From an uncultured Eubacteriales bacterium (GTDB lineage: Bacteria > Bacillota > Clostridia > Oscillospirales > Acutalibacteraceae): a stretch of DNA of 64,000 nucleotides. This document shows, in pieces, positions 26,864 through 34,832 of this stretch; positions within the stretch are counted from its first letter, which is position 1; every line of letters begins with the position of its first letter. The DNA is taken from contig CAZTCR010000003.1 in NCBI GenBank assembly GCA_964612185.1, positions 56,970 through 120,969 of the forward strand. Reading direction: 5' to 3'. The position numbers and the translations under genes are program-made. Below the pieces are notes generated by a model, which was given only the letters and a program-made list of their open reading frames with translations, had not been told where the DNA came from and ran no database searches.

Positions 26864-28546
26864 TTAAAACGGCGATTTGATAAAATGTTTTTTCTCCCGC
26901 GGGATGGCATCTATCATAGAGAATAACTCCGTATAGAAACCGTGCGTTTCCTCTGCCCCGGCATTCAGACCGATGACCGTGCCGTGGTCGCCGTTTCGGG
27001 TGGGCATTACATTCCATACCCCGCTTTTAATGTCTTCGCTGTTATAATCCTGCCACGGGTCTCCGAACGGATACCTTGCCGAAACCACATTGACAAGCCC
27101 GTCGTTCGGAAGCCAGGTTTTGTCAATCGTAAGGTCTGTCACCGTGTTTTCATCGTAACTTCCCATGAGCAAAGCTGTGGGCATGAGCACAAGGAGCGTG
27201 TCAAGCTCGGGCAGCTGGTTGCCGGTTAAGGGGTTTTCTTTTGTGGTGCAATAAGAATAGGAGAAATAATAGACGCCGTCAACAACCCCGATACGCTTAT
27301 TCAGTTCGGCGCAGCCGTCCGGCGACAAATCATAAACGGCATTATCGTTGCCCGTTTTTAAGACTCTTTCCAATGAATCTTTCATGGAAGTGAGGCTGGT
27401 GTCTTCACCGGGGGCGGAGGTTATACCAAATTGTTCAAGATGAAAATCAAGATACCCTTTCACGGGTGTATTCCCCGATATGCCCGCAAAGGCAAGTACG
27501 ACATCCAGCAAGGGGGAAACCAGGTTGTATTGATCCAGAGCGAGGAAAAGAGAAGAGCCGTTGTTGGGGGAATCCAGTGTTGTTACGCTGTTTACAAGGT
27601 CGCCTTGGCCGCCCTTGAAAAGTGGGGATACCGCGTCCCCACCTGCCTCAATTTCCTCCTGCGCGCCTTTTGCAAGCAGGGATGTCAGCAGCCGGATGGT
27701 CGGACCGCCGAAACTGTGACCAACAAGGTTGACCTTTTTCAACTGCCCCGCAGCAGTTTTTGTTCCCCAGCCTTCAAACAGCGGCTTGCTGTAGGTTCTG
27801 CCATAACGGGCATGATTGTTTGCTGTCGCATGCGCTTCACCGTAATCAACCTTTGTACCCGCAAGCTGGGCATACAGCTCGCAGGCTCTGTCCCATGTGC
27901 TGGAAAAAGGGCCGACCGATGCTTCCAACGCCGTATAACCCTGCCCGCCGAGGTATTGCACCAGGCTCCCGGTCGATGCGCCCCAATAAGGCGCTTTCTC
28001 GTTGATGCCGGATTCCGGACCCCAACCGCCAAGACCGTGAACGAGGATAATGGGGTATTGAACGGGTTCTTCCACGACTAACCCGATTGCCTTGTCATAA
28101 AGTCCCAGCGGATATGGAACAATCGCCGCAATCATCATACAAGCCACGGCGATAACCGCGATTATTTTTTTGGATAGTTTTTTCTTTGGTGCCGGAATCG
28201 GCGTTGTGGTTGGCGCCGTCTTATATTCAGCCGGAAGCTGAATATTGTCCTGCGTCTTCATCATGTCCGCATCGGTTATGGAAACCACCTCAGCCGGCAA
28301 GGCCGCTTCGACCGGCGCGGAATCCGCTTTATTTTTGGGGACAAACACTTCGCTGTCTATTAGTAAAAAATCGGTTGAAACCGAAAAAAGTCCACTTAAC
28401 AGAATGATTTTATCCGAATCCGGCAGCGTCTTGCCGGATTCCCATTTTGAAACCGATTGCCGGGAGACCGAAAGCTTTTCCGCAAGCTCATCCTGCGACC
28501 AGCCTTTTTCCTGCCTGAGGTTGTATATTTTTTCCCCGATGTTCAT
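26864..28546 (-). CDS. XRE-family HTH / single TM / extracytoplasmic lipase (alpha/beta hydrolase) fusion protein
   Basis: The start was moved to ATG 28546. HTH_3 region is MNIGEKIYNLRQEKGWSQDELAEKLSVSRQSVSKWESGKTLPD. TM helix is IIAVIAVACMMIAAIVPYPLGL. Lipase strings are YPIILVHGLGGWG and the nucleophile elbow VNLVGHSFGGP. Confidence 0.75.
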   Translation of the reverse strand: MNIGEKIYNLRQEKGWSQDELAEKLSVSRQSVSKWESGKTLPDSDKIILLSGLFSVSTDFLLIDSEVFVPKNKADSAPVEAALPAEVVSITDADMMKTQDNIQLPAEYKTAPTTTPIPAPKKKLSKKIIAVIAVACMMIAAIVPYPLGLYDKAIGLVVEEPVQYPIILVHGLGGWGPESGINEKAPYWGASTGSLVQYLGGQGYTALEASVGPFSSTWDRACELYAQLAGTKVDYGEAHATANNHARYGRTYSKPLFEGWGTKTAAGQLKKVNLVGHSFGGPTIRLLTSLLAKGAQEEIEAGGDAVSPLFKGGQGDLVNSVTTLDSPNNGSSLFLALDQYNLVSPLLDVVLAFAGISGNTPVKGYLDFHLEQFGITSAPGEDTSLTSMKDSLERVLKTGNDNAVYDLSPDGCAELNKRIGVVDGVYYFSYSYCTTKENPLTGNQLPELDTLLVLMPTALLMGSYDENTVTDLTIDKTWLPNDGLVNVVSARYPFGDPWQDYNSEDIKSGVWNVMPTRNGDHGTVIGLNAGAEETHGFYTELFSMIDAIPREKKHFIKSPF

Positions 28547-28555
28547 AAAAATATT

Positions 28556-28592
28556 ATGTCCTTTCGTTAGGTTTATGCCCCCGAAAGGACAT
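28556..28592 (-). promoter_or_regulatory. 5-prime-leader hairpin whose 3-prime arm contains the likely Shine-Dalgarno of the HTH-lipase gene
   Basis: The minus-strand RNA reads AUGUCCUUUCG-(15 nt)-CGAAAGGACAU, then 9 nt, then AUG. The 11-bp stem is perfect, and GAAAGGA lies inside the 3-prime arm. Confidence 0.35.
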
Positions 28593-28714
28593 AAGACCAA
28601 ATATAAAAAATGCGGTTGGGCACCCGCGGAATGCGGGCTTTGCCGAACAGCTCGCAAGCTATTTTTTAACAGGTTGAATGTAACCATTCAACCTTACGCC
28701 CCTTTCCATAAGTG

Positions 28715-28723
28715 ATTATAACA
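28715..28723 (-). promoter_or_regulatory. Possible extended -10 promoter element (TGTTATAAT) for the HTH-lipase gene
   Basis: The minus strand reads TGT-TATAAT. No good -35 box is present. It would give a leader of about 160 nt. Confidence 0.3.
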
Positions 28724-28871
28724 GAAAAGACCAATTTTTACTATCAACTCAGGTGGTCAATTTTACTTTTTGACAGTATTTTTATGATTGTAACCTTAAG
28801 TGTACATGTCTTTGATTCTTCTCATGACCTCATCTTTTGCCTGTGCCGGGGAACTACAATCAACGGGGATT

Positions 28872-29873
28872 TTATTTTGCCATGGAAACCGACGAATATA
28901 TCGCGGTATTTTTGAAGACCGTCCAGTTGACCACCGAGCTGCTTTGCCCCCAGGTATCGTAAACTTCCACATACTCTTTGTTGAAAGAACAAAGTGTCCG
29001 GGTTCCGAATTTGATATTGAAGTTCATTCTATAATAACCCACGCCTACAAAATAGTGAACGGAATAAATGTCGTTGCCTAACGCTGTTAAGCAGCCGATG
29101 ATAACCGGCTCGCCTTCTTTAAGTGAGTTTAATATCGCGTTGTTTGTGTTTGCCTTTATATTCGTGTCCAGCGCAAGCTCGCCGTTTGTCTGTTGTACAA
29201 GCCAGGTGGAAAAATAACTCATCAGCATCTTCAAAATCGAATTGCTGAATTTATCCGGAACCCTCATGATGCTGCAGCTGACATTGTTAATGACATTCTG
29301 CGCGGCGTCCTTGTATCCCTTGCTGAAAAGGTAATATGCAAGACCCATTTCAAATGTCCCGAGCATTTCATAGCTCTGGGTTGTATCAAACTGTTCGTTC
29401 AAAAACGGATTTTTAAAGAATCCGCTGAGGTCTTGCGTCATTGAATCATACATCACGCTGATTTGAGTATACATTGTTTGATCATCCGGCAGGTTGGCAT
29501 AGCCTTTGCCGTCTCTGTAAAAAGATAAAAGCATCATCGCCGCTGCTTTGTTGCAGATACCGCCCGGCACACCCGGCTGGTAATACTGCTGGCTGTGCGG
29601 CACCATAAAGGTTTTATCCAGCACGGAGGATTCTTTCAACCCGAAGAATACACCCGCATCGGCTTTGATCATTTGTTTCACTTGCGCGTTTGTCTGCTCA
29701 ATACCCCCTGTATGCTCGATATTGCCGACAAAATAGTCCAGCAGCCCTGCTGAAGACTTGAGCGACGCAGCAAAATCATTTTGCACAGCGGCACCTTCTT
29801 TTGCGCTTGAGGCAATCGAAAAACTGCCAAGGAGCATTGAAACAGCCAGTGCGATAGAAATGATTTTTTTCAT
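28872..29873 (-). CDS. Secreted papain-fold (C39/C10-like) cysteine peptidase candidate; short paralogue lacking the propeptide-like domain
   Basis: Signal peptide MKKIISIALAVSMLLGSFSIASSA. Motifs are GGICNKAAAMMLLSFYRDGKGY, SVHYFVGVGYY and KEYVEVYDTWG. About half of the residues match the C-terminal part of 17450..18973 by eye. Confidence 0.5.
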   Translation of the reverse strand: MKKIISIALAVSMLLGSFSIASSAKEGAAVQNDFAASLKSSAGLLDYFVGNIEHTGGIEQTNAQVKQMIKADAGVFFGLKESSVLDKTFMVPHSQQYYQPGVPGGICNKAAAMMLLSFYRDGKGYANLPDDQTMYTQISVMYDSMTQDLSGFFKNPFLNEQFDTTQSYEMLGTFEMGLAYYLFSKGYKDAAQNVINNVSCSIMRVPDKFSNSILKMLMSYFSTWLVQQTNGELALDTNIKANTNNAILNSLKEGEPVIIGCLTALGNDIYSVHYFVGVGYYRMNFNIKFGTRTLCSFNKEYVEVYDTWGQSSSVVNWTVFKNTAIYSSVSMAK

Positions 29874-29909
29874 AACTTGATTCCTTTCAAACCGGATTTT
29901 TTAATTCTT

Positions 29910-31079
29910 TTACTGCTGGCCAGCTGCTTTGCACGCTTCAATGAGGTTCCTGATGTCCGCCCGGCTCCAATCCGGATTCACGCCGACATAGACCGTCCGC
30001 GCGAGGATATCCAGCGTCTTCGGACACATATCCAAGGAATAGTTGTGGTTAAGGTGCTTATTCGCGTCCATCTTAAACGGGTCCATCAGCGGATGGAAAG
30101 CACCGCGTTTTTCGAGTATGGGCGTCCAGCGGGTGTAGACATGCTTGCCGGTGTCAATGGGGAGTGTTCCCCTTACACCGGCTGCCGCGGCGAATTTTCG
30201 CGCCTGAGCCTCCGTATCAAACGCGAATGCGAGGGTGGTACCGCAATCCCCGTTGATGTCGTTTGACGGAATAAAGCGAAAGTCCTTTTTAAGCGCGTGC
30301 ATCACTTTCTTTTTGTTCTTGCGCAGATCGTGCAGGATGCCGTCGAGCTTTTTGAGCTGCTCACGCAGAATAGCGGCCGCAATCTCGTTTGTCCGGTATT
30401 CCACGCCGCAAAACTGCGGTTCTGCTATTTCATCAAGCTGACCCCCAAAATAGGCGACTGCGCTGCTGTCGTGGTAAATAAAAGCGCGTTCATAGACGGT
30501 TCTGTTGTTTGTCAGCAGCGCCCCGCCTTCGCCCGCGCTGATAATTTTAAACTGGTTAAAACTCAGCGCGCCGGCATCACCGATAGTGCCGAGCCTTTTG
30601 CCTTTATAAGCGCCGCCGTCTGCCTGGCAGGCGTCTTCAACAATCTTGAGGTCGTGTCTTTTTGCCAATTTCATCAGCGCGTCCATATCACACGGGAAGC
30701 CCTGAATGTTGACGGGCATAATCGCTTTGGTGTGTCTGCTGATCTTTCTTTCAACATCCTTGACATCAATGGTGCAGGTTTCGTCAATCTCCGCAATAAC
30801 GGGGATTGCGCCCGTTGCCAAAACAGCCATGGCGGAGGCAATGTAGGTATACCCCGGCACAATCACTTCATCCCCCGGGCCGATGCCGCACCCGACGAGC
30901 GCGGCAATAATTGCCGCCTTGCCGGAGGTCATCAGTATCGCGTTATCGGCGCCGAACAATTCCTTCATTTCCTGTTCGCAGTGCATGGTCTCCTGCAAAC
31001 CGCCGTTGCATTTAAACAAATCTTTTGATTCGATTACTTGTTTGACCGCTTTGATTTCTTCTTTGCCTATTCTGAACAT
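29910..31079 (-). CDS. DegT/DnrJ/EryC1/StrS-family PLP-dependent aminotransferase
   Basis: VIVPGYTYIASA, IVEDACQADGG and the Schiff-base Lys context SFNQFKIISAGEGGALLT. RBS GGAGG. The start overlaps the upstream gene by 13 nt. Confidence 0.85.
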   Translation of the reverse strand: MFRIGKEEIKAVKQVIESKDLFKCNGGLQETMHCEQEMKELFGADNAILMTSGKAAIIAALVGCGIGPGDEVIVPGYTYIASAMAVLATGAIPVIAEIDETCTIDVKDVERKISRHTKAIMPVNIQGFPCDMDALMKLAKRHDLKIVEDACQADGGAYKGKRLGTIGDAGALSFNQFKIISAGEGGALLTNNRTVYERAFIYHDSSAVAYFGGQLDEIAEPQFCGVEYRTNEIAAAILREQLKKLDGILHDLRKNKKKVMHALKKDFRFIPSNDINGDCGTTLAFAFDTEAQARKFAAAAGVRGTLPIDTGKHVYTRWTPILEKRGAFHPLMDPFKMDANKHLNHNYSLDMCPKTLDILARTVYVGVNPDWSRADIRNLIEACKAAGQQ

Positions 31080-32368
31080 GCGAGCGCCTCCATCAGTTTT
31101 AAGTTTTCCATGATGATATTATAGTCCGAATCCGGTGCCAATGTCAAAACGCCGGCGGTGAGAAACACATCAATTTCATACCCGCCGCGGCAAAGCTGGT
31201 CCTGCGTGGGCAGATACCCGTTGTTGCCGTTTGTGCAGCCCAGGCAAAGGGTATGGTCAAACGGGCTGTACTCGCGCAGCCGCAGCGATATCTCGGAAAA
31301 AAACTCATACGGAAACGGGACAAAAGCAACAGGGCCGGCTTGAATAATTGTTTGCGGAAAGCTGAAGTATTTTTCACCCGGAAGCCCGGTTTCATGCGCC
31401 GCAACAACTTTTTTAAGATATTCAAAAGTTCTGCCGGACAGATTAATCTTTTCGTCCCCTTTGAAAGCGGCAAGTTTTTCCCTTGCTTGTTCTAACGGCA
31501 TCACCGCCGCATACGGCAATTTAATTTCCCCCGTAACACAGGCAAGAGCAGCCTCGCGGTATTCGCCGATGCTTTGATAGGCTTTTGCCGCGTCTTCCGC
31601 CGCGATTTTTCCGAGCTCCTTCACATATTCGATATTGCCGACCGTATGCCCGTTGGAAAGCCTCGGCCCCACATCGCCTTCCGCTCCGTTGAAAAACGCC
31701 GTTATCGCGCCGCTTTCTTTGTCCAGCCGGTCAATCATCGCGCCGGCCCAGTCGCGCGTAATTTCGATATTTTTACCCGCCGCGGTGCAGTGCGCGCCGT
31801 AATGAACGATGTTGGCGATTGGTTTGCCGGCCGTGCTTTTATAACTTATAACAGTCATGTTCGGGTCGTAACACCCCCAGGGGTTCTGCCCCAGGCTCAC
31901 CGAGTTATCCTTGTTCTGCTGGCGGCGGTTGATGCCGGTTTTGCTCTTGATTGTCCCGATACCCAGCAGCGCGGGCTCCAGCTTTGCGGCTGCCGTTTCT
32001 GCCGCCTTGATGATTCGCGGGATAAAAATATTGCCGCAGTATTCCGTGTCCAAAGGTCCCCAACCGGTGTTGCCCGCGGTGCAGGGGCCGGAGTGGGTAT
32101 GTGTCGCGGATAAAATGATCTTGGCAGCGGGAATCCCTGTTGCCGCGCTGACTTTTCCGCGTATTTCATCGCACAACTCCGTGTTAATCAGGCAAACCGT
32201 TGCCGAAATCAGCATTGCCCGCTCGCCGCCCTGCTCAAAAGCAACGGCGGTCGCCGTTAAGTCGTCATGAACCGATTCGCTGAAAACATCCAATGTGTAA
32301 CCGTAGAGTCTCGCGCCGATGGGCGGAGTAATGACCTCCCTGCCCGCGCCCGCTTGAAACACCTGCAT
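31067..32368 (-). CDS. Neutral/alkaline ceramidase N-terminal-domain-like hydrolase
   Basis: N-terminus AGAGREVITPPIGARLYGY...HDDLTATAVAF...ATHTHSGP is typical of the neutral ceramidase fold. RBS GAAGAGGA. Confidence 0.6.
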   Translation of the reverse strand: MQVFQAGAGREVITPPIGARLYGYTLDVFSESVHDDLTATAVAFEQGGERAMLISATVCLINTELCDEIRGKVSAATGIPAAKIILSATHTHSGPCTAGNTGWGPLDTEYCGNIFIPRIIKAAETAAAKLEPALLGIGTIKSKTGINRRQQNKDNSVSLGQNPWGCYDPNMTVISYKSTAGKPIANIVHYGAHCTAAGKNIEITRDWAGAMIDRLDKESGAITAFFNGAEGDVGPRLSNGHTVGNIEYVKELGKIAAEDAAKAYQSIGEYREAALACVTGEIKLPYAAVMPLEQAREKLAAFKGDEKINLSGRTFEYLKKVVAAHETGLPGEKYFSFPQTIIQAGPVAFVPFPYEFFSEISLRLREYSPFDHTLCLGCTNGNNGYLPTQDQLCRGGYEIDVFLTAGVLTLAPDSDYNIIMENLKLMEALACSE

Positions 32369-32488
32369 CCTATCCTCTTCTTTCCATCATATTCCTTCCG
32401 ATGAATACATTTATTCTATCTTTTATCGGCTTAAAAATCAAACTGTATTTATGCTGCATATTTGTAAAATACACAATAAGGATAATAA

Positions 32489-32517
32489 TTGACAAAATAA
32501 ATCAACAATGATAGAAT
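32489..32517 (+). promoter_or_regulatory. Near-consensus sigma-70-type promoter of the liv operon
   Basis: TTGACA (32489-32494), an exact 17-nt spacer, then TAGAAT (32512-32517). Confidence 0.5.
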
Positions 32518-32636
32518 AATCCCATATTATTTGTGTAAATAGCGCACAATTCCTTGTTTTTTCGTATACACAGCGGATCCGTCCTGTGCGGAAATGCTTG
32601 TAGTATAAAAATATTGATATTGAGAGGAGATTGGAA

Positions 32637-33818
32637 ATGAAAAGAGTTCTATGCATCGCACTCGTTCTTGTTCTGGCGCTCGGCGCGTTCGCCGGCTGTG
32701 CCAAAGAGGAAAAAAAGACCGAGACCCTCAAGGTCGGTATCCTTGGCTGCCACACCGGTGAATATGCAAAGTATGGGCTCGCCGTCAAAAACGGCGCCAC
32801 GCTCTACATTGACCAAATCAACACAGCGGGCGGCATCAACGGCAAACAGGTTGAAATTATTGCTTATGACAACAAGGCGGACAATGCCGAGGCTGTCAAC
32901 GCGTTCACCCGCATGGTCGACGGCGGTATTACCGCTTTAATCGGCGATGTGCTCACCGGCAACACGCTTGCGGTTGTTCAGGAAGCAAATCCGATTAACA
33001 TGCCCATGATTACCGCTTCCGCCACGGCAGCAGCCGTTACCTACGATGCGGATAACAACAAAGTCTACACCAATGTGTTCCGCACCTGCTTCATCGACCC
33101 CTTCCAGGGCGAGAAAATGGCAGATTACGCATCAGAAGTTCTGAAGGCAAAAACCGCGGCAATCATTGTTGAAACCGGCAACGATTACGCAATCGGGCTG
33201 AAAGACGCTTTTAAAGCCAAATGCGCAACCCTTGGTGTAACGGTTGTTTCGGAAGAAGGCTACTCCACGGGCGACAAAGACTTCAAAAGCCAGATGACCA
33301 ACATCAAAGCAAAAAATCCCGATGTGGTGTTCTGCCCCAACTACTATGAAGATGTCGGCCTGATGGTCAAACAAGCGCGCGTTGCAGGGATTACCGTTCC
33401 TTTCCTCGGCGGTGACGGCTGGGCAGGCGTAAAAGACTTTGCTTCCGCCGCTGACCTGGAAGGCTGCGTGTTCACCTCCGGCTATGCCGCAGATTCCACA
33501 GCTGAAATAAAAGCCTTTGAAGCGGCCTATACCGCGAAATACGGCACCGACACCTTGAACATGTTCGCCGCCACTGCCTATGACGCGGCGATGGTTCTTT
33601 GCAACGCCCTCAAAATTGTTGAGGCAAAAGGCGGCATGACACCGGGCTCCGATACATATAAGCAAGCCGTTATCGATGCCATCCGCGACAAAAGCGCAGG
33701 GGTTAAAGGCGTCACCAGCCCGGACGGCTACACCTTTGACGCGAAAAACAACCCAATCAAAGCCGTTGTTATGATTAAACTCGCCAACGGTGCGGAGACC
33801 TTTGACCGTATTTATTAA
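32637..33818 (+). CDS. livJ: Branched-chain amino-acid ABC transporter substrate-binding lipoprotein (LivJ/LivK-like)
   Basis: The start was moved to ATG 32637 (RBS GAGGAG). The lipobox is GAFAGC. A Peripla_BP_6-like sequence is followed by livHMGF. Confidence 0.8.
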   Translation: MKRVLCIALVLVLALGAFAGCAKEEKKTETLKVGILGCHTGEYAKYGLAVKNGATLYIDQINTAGGINGKQVEIIAYDNKADNAEAVNAFTRMVDGGITALIGDVLTGNTLAVVQEANPINMPMITASATAAAVTYDADNNKVYTNVFRTCFIDPFQGEKMADYASEVLKAKTAAIIVETGNDYAIGLKDAFKAKCATLGVTVVSEEGYSTGDKDFKSQMTNIKAKNPDVVFCPNYYEDVGLMVKQARVAGITVPFLGGDGWAGVKDFASAADLEGCVFTSGYAADSTAEIKAFEAAYTAKYGTDTLNMFAATAYDAAMVLCNALKIVEAKGGMTPGSDTYKQAVIDAIRDKSAGVKGVTSPDGYTFDAKNNPIKAVVMIKLANGAETFDRIY

Positions 33819-33857
33819 TTCTATCCTGTGTAAGTATTTTTTCGATTGAAACCTTCT

Positions 33858-33890
33858 GCCTTGTGCAGTTACCCGCTAACTGCACAAGGC
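33858..33890 (+). promoter_or_regulatory. Intra-operon 14-bp perfect hairpin after the binding-protein gene (no T-run)
   Basis: GCCTTGTGCAGTTA-cccgc-TAACTGCACAAGGC. Confidence 0.45.
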
Positions 33891-33944
33891 AAACTTCAAT
33901 ATTCCATAATGCGCGCAACCCTTTTGTTGAAAGGATGAAGACCC

Positions 33945-34832
33945 ATGTCCTTGTTTTCAACCATTGTCAGCCAGTTTATGAACGGCCTGCAGACCGGTTC
34001 TGTCTACGCGCTTGTTGCGCTGGGGTACAGCATGGTCTACGGCATCATCCTGCTGCTCAACTTCGCGCACGGCGACATCATCATGGTGGGCGCCTATACA
34101 GCCTGGCTGTTTATGGTGAATTTCGGCCAGTCACCCATTATTGCCGTCATCGCGGCTATCGCCGCCTGCACGGTGCTGGGTGTGGTGATTGAAAAGGTCG
34201 CCTATACACCCTTGCGCAAAGCGCCGCGGCTGTCGCTGCTCATCACCGCTATCGGCATTTCCTTTTTGCTGGAGAACCTGGCGCAGATTATTTTCGGCGC
34301 CGGGGCAAAGCCTGTGCCGGCAATTGTAAATGTGCCTGCCATTGTATTGGGCTCTGTCAGCCTGAGCGGTACGGCAATTGTTACCATCGTTGTATCGGTT
34401 GTGTCGATGATTTTGCTCAACCTTTTAATTAAAAAGTCCAAAATGGGCAAGGCGATGCGCGCCGTGTCGGAGGATACGGGTGCCGCGCAGCTCATGGGCA
34501 TCAGCCTGAACAAGACCATCACCTTTACCTTTGCGGTCGGCTCCGCGCTGGCCGGCATCGGCTCAGTCCTTTACTGCGCCGCTTATCCCCAAGCTTCGCC
34601 GACCATGGGCGCCATGCTCGGCTTAAAAGCGTTTGTCGCCGCCGTGCTTGGCGGCATCGGTTCCATCCCCGGCGCCATGATCGGCGGTTTTGCCATCGGC
34701 TTGGCAGAAGCAGCCGCTTCCGCCTTCGGCCTTTCTGTTTGGAAAGACGCGGTTGTGTTCGGCATCCTGATTATTGTTCTTGTGGTCAAGCCGACGGGAC
34801 TCCTCGGCCGGAACCTGCAGGAAAAGGTTTAG
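33945..34832 (+). CDS. livH: Branched-chain amino-acid ABC permease
   Basis: 295 aa and polytopic, with the LivH-type N-terminus QFMNGLQTGSVYALVALGYSMVYG. Confidence 0.85.
   Translation: MSLFSTIVSQFMNGLQTGSVYALVALGYSMVYGIILLLNFAHGDIIMVGAYTAWLFMVNFGQSPIIAVIAAIAACTVLGVVIEKVAYTPLRKAPRLSLLITAIGISFLLENLAQIIFGAGAKPVPAIVNVPAIVLGSVSLSGTAIVTIVVSVVSMILLNLLIKKSKMGKAMRAVSEDTGAAQLMGISLNKTITFTFAVGSALAGIGSVLYCAAYPQASPTMGAMLGLKAFVAAVLGGIGSIPGAMIGGFAIGLAEAAASAFGLSVWKDAVVFGILIIVLVVKPTGLLGRNLQEKV

Noticed and set aside
32518-32636. Possible riboswitch or T-box in the liv operon leader of about 120 nt
   Set aside because: It is too short for a T-box. I recognised no conserved riboswitch core, and only a weak 5-bp stem (CACAG...CTGTG) is present.
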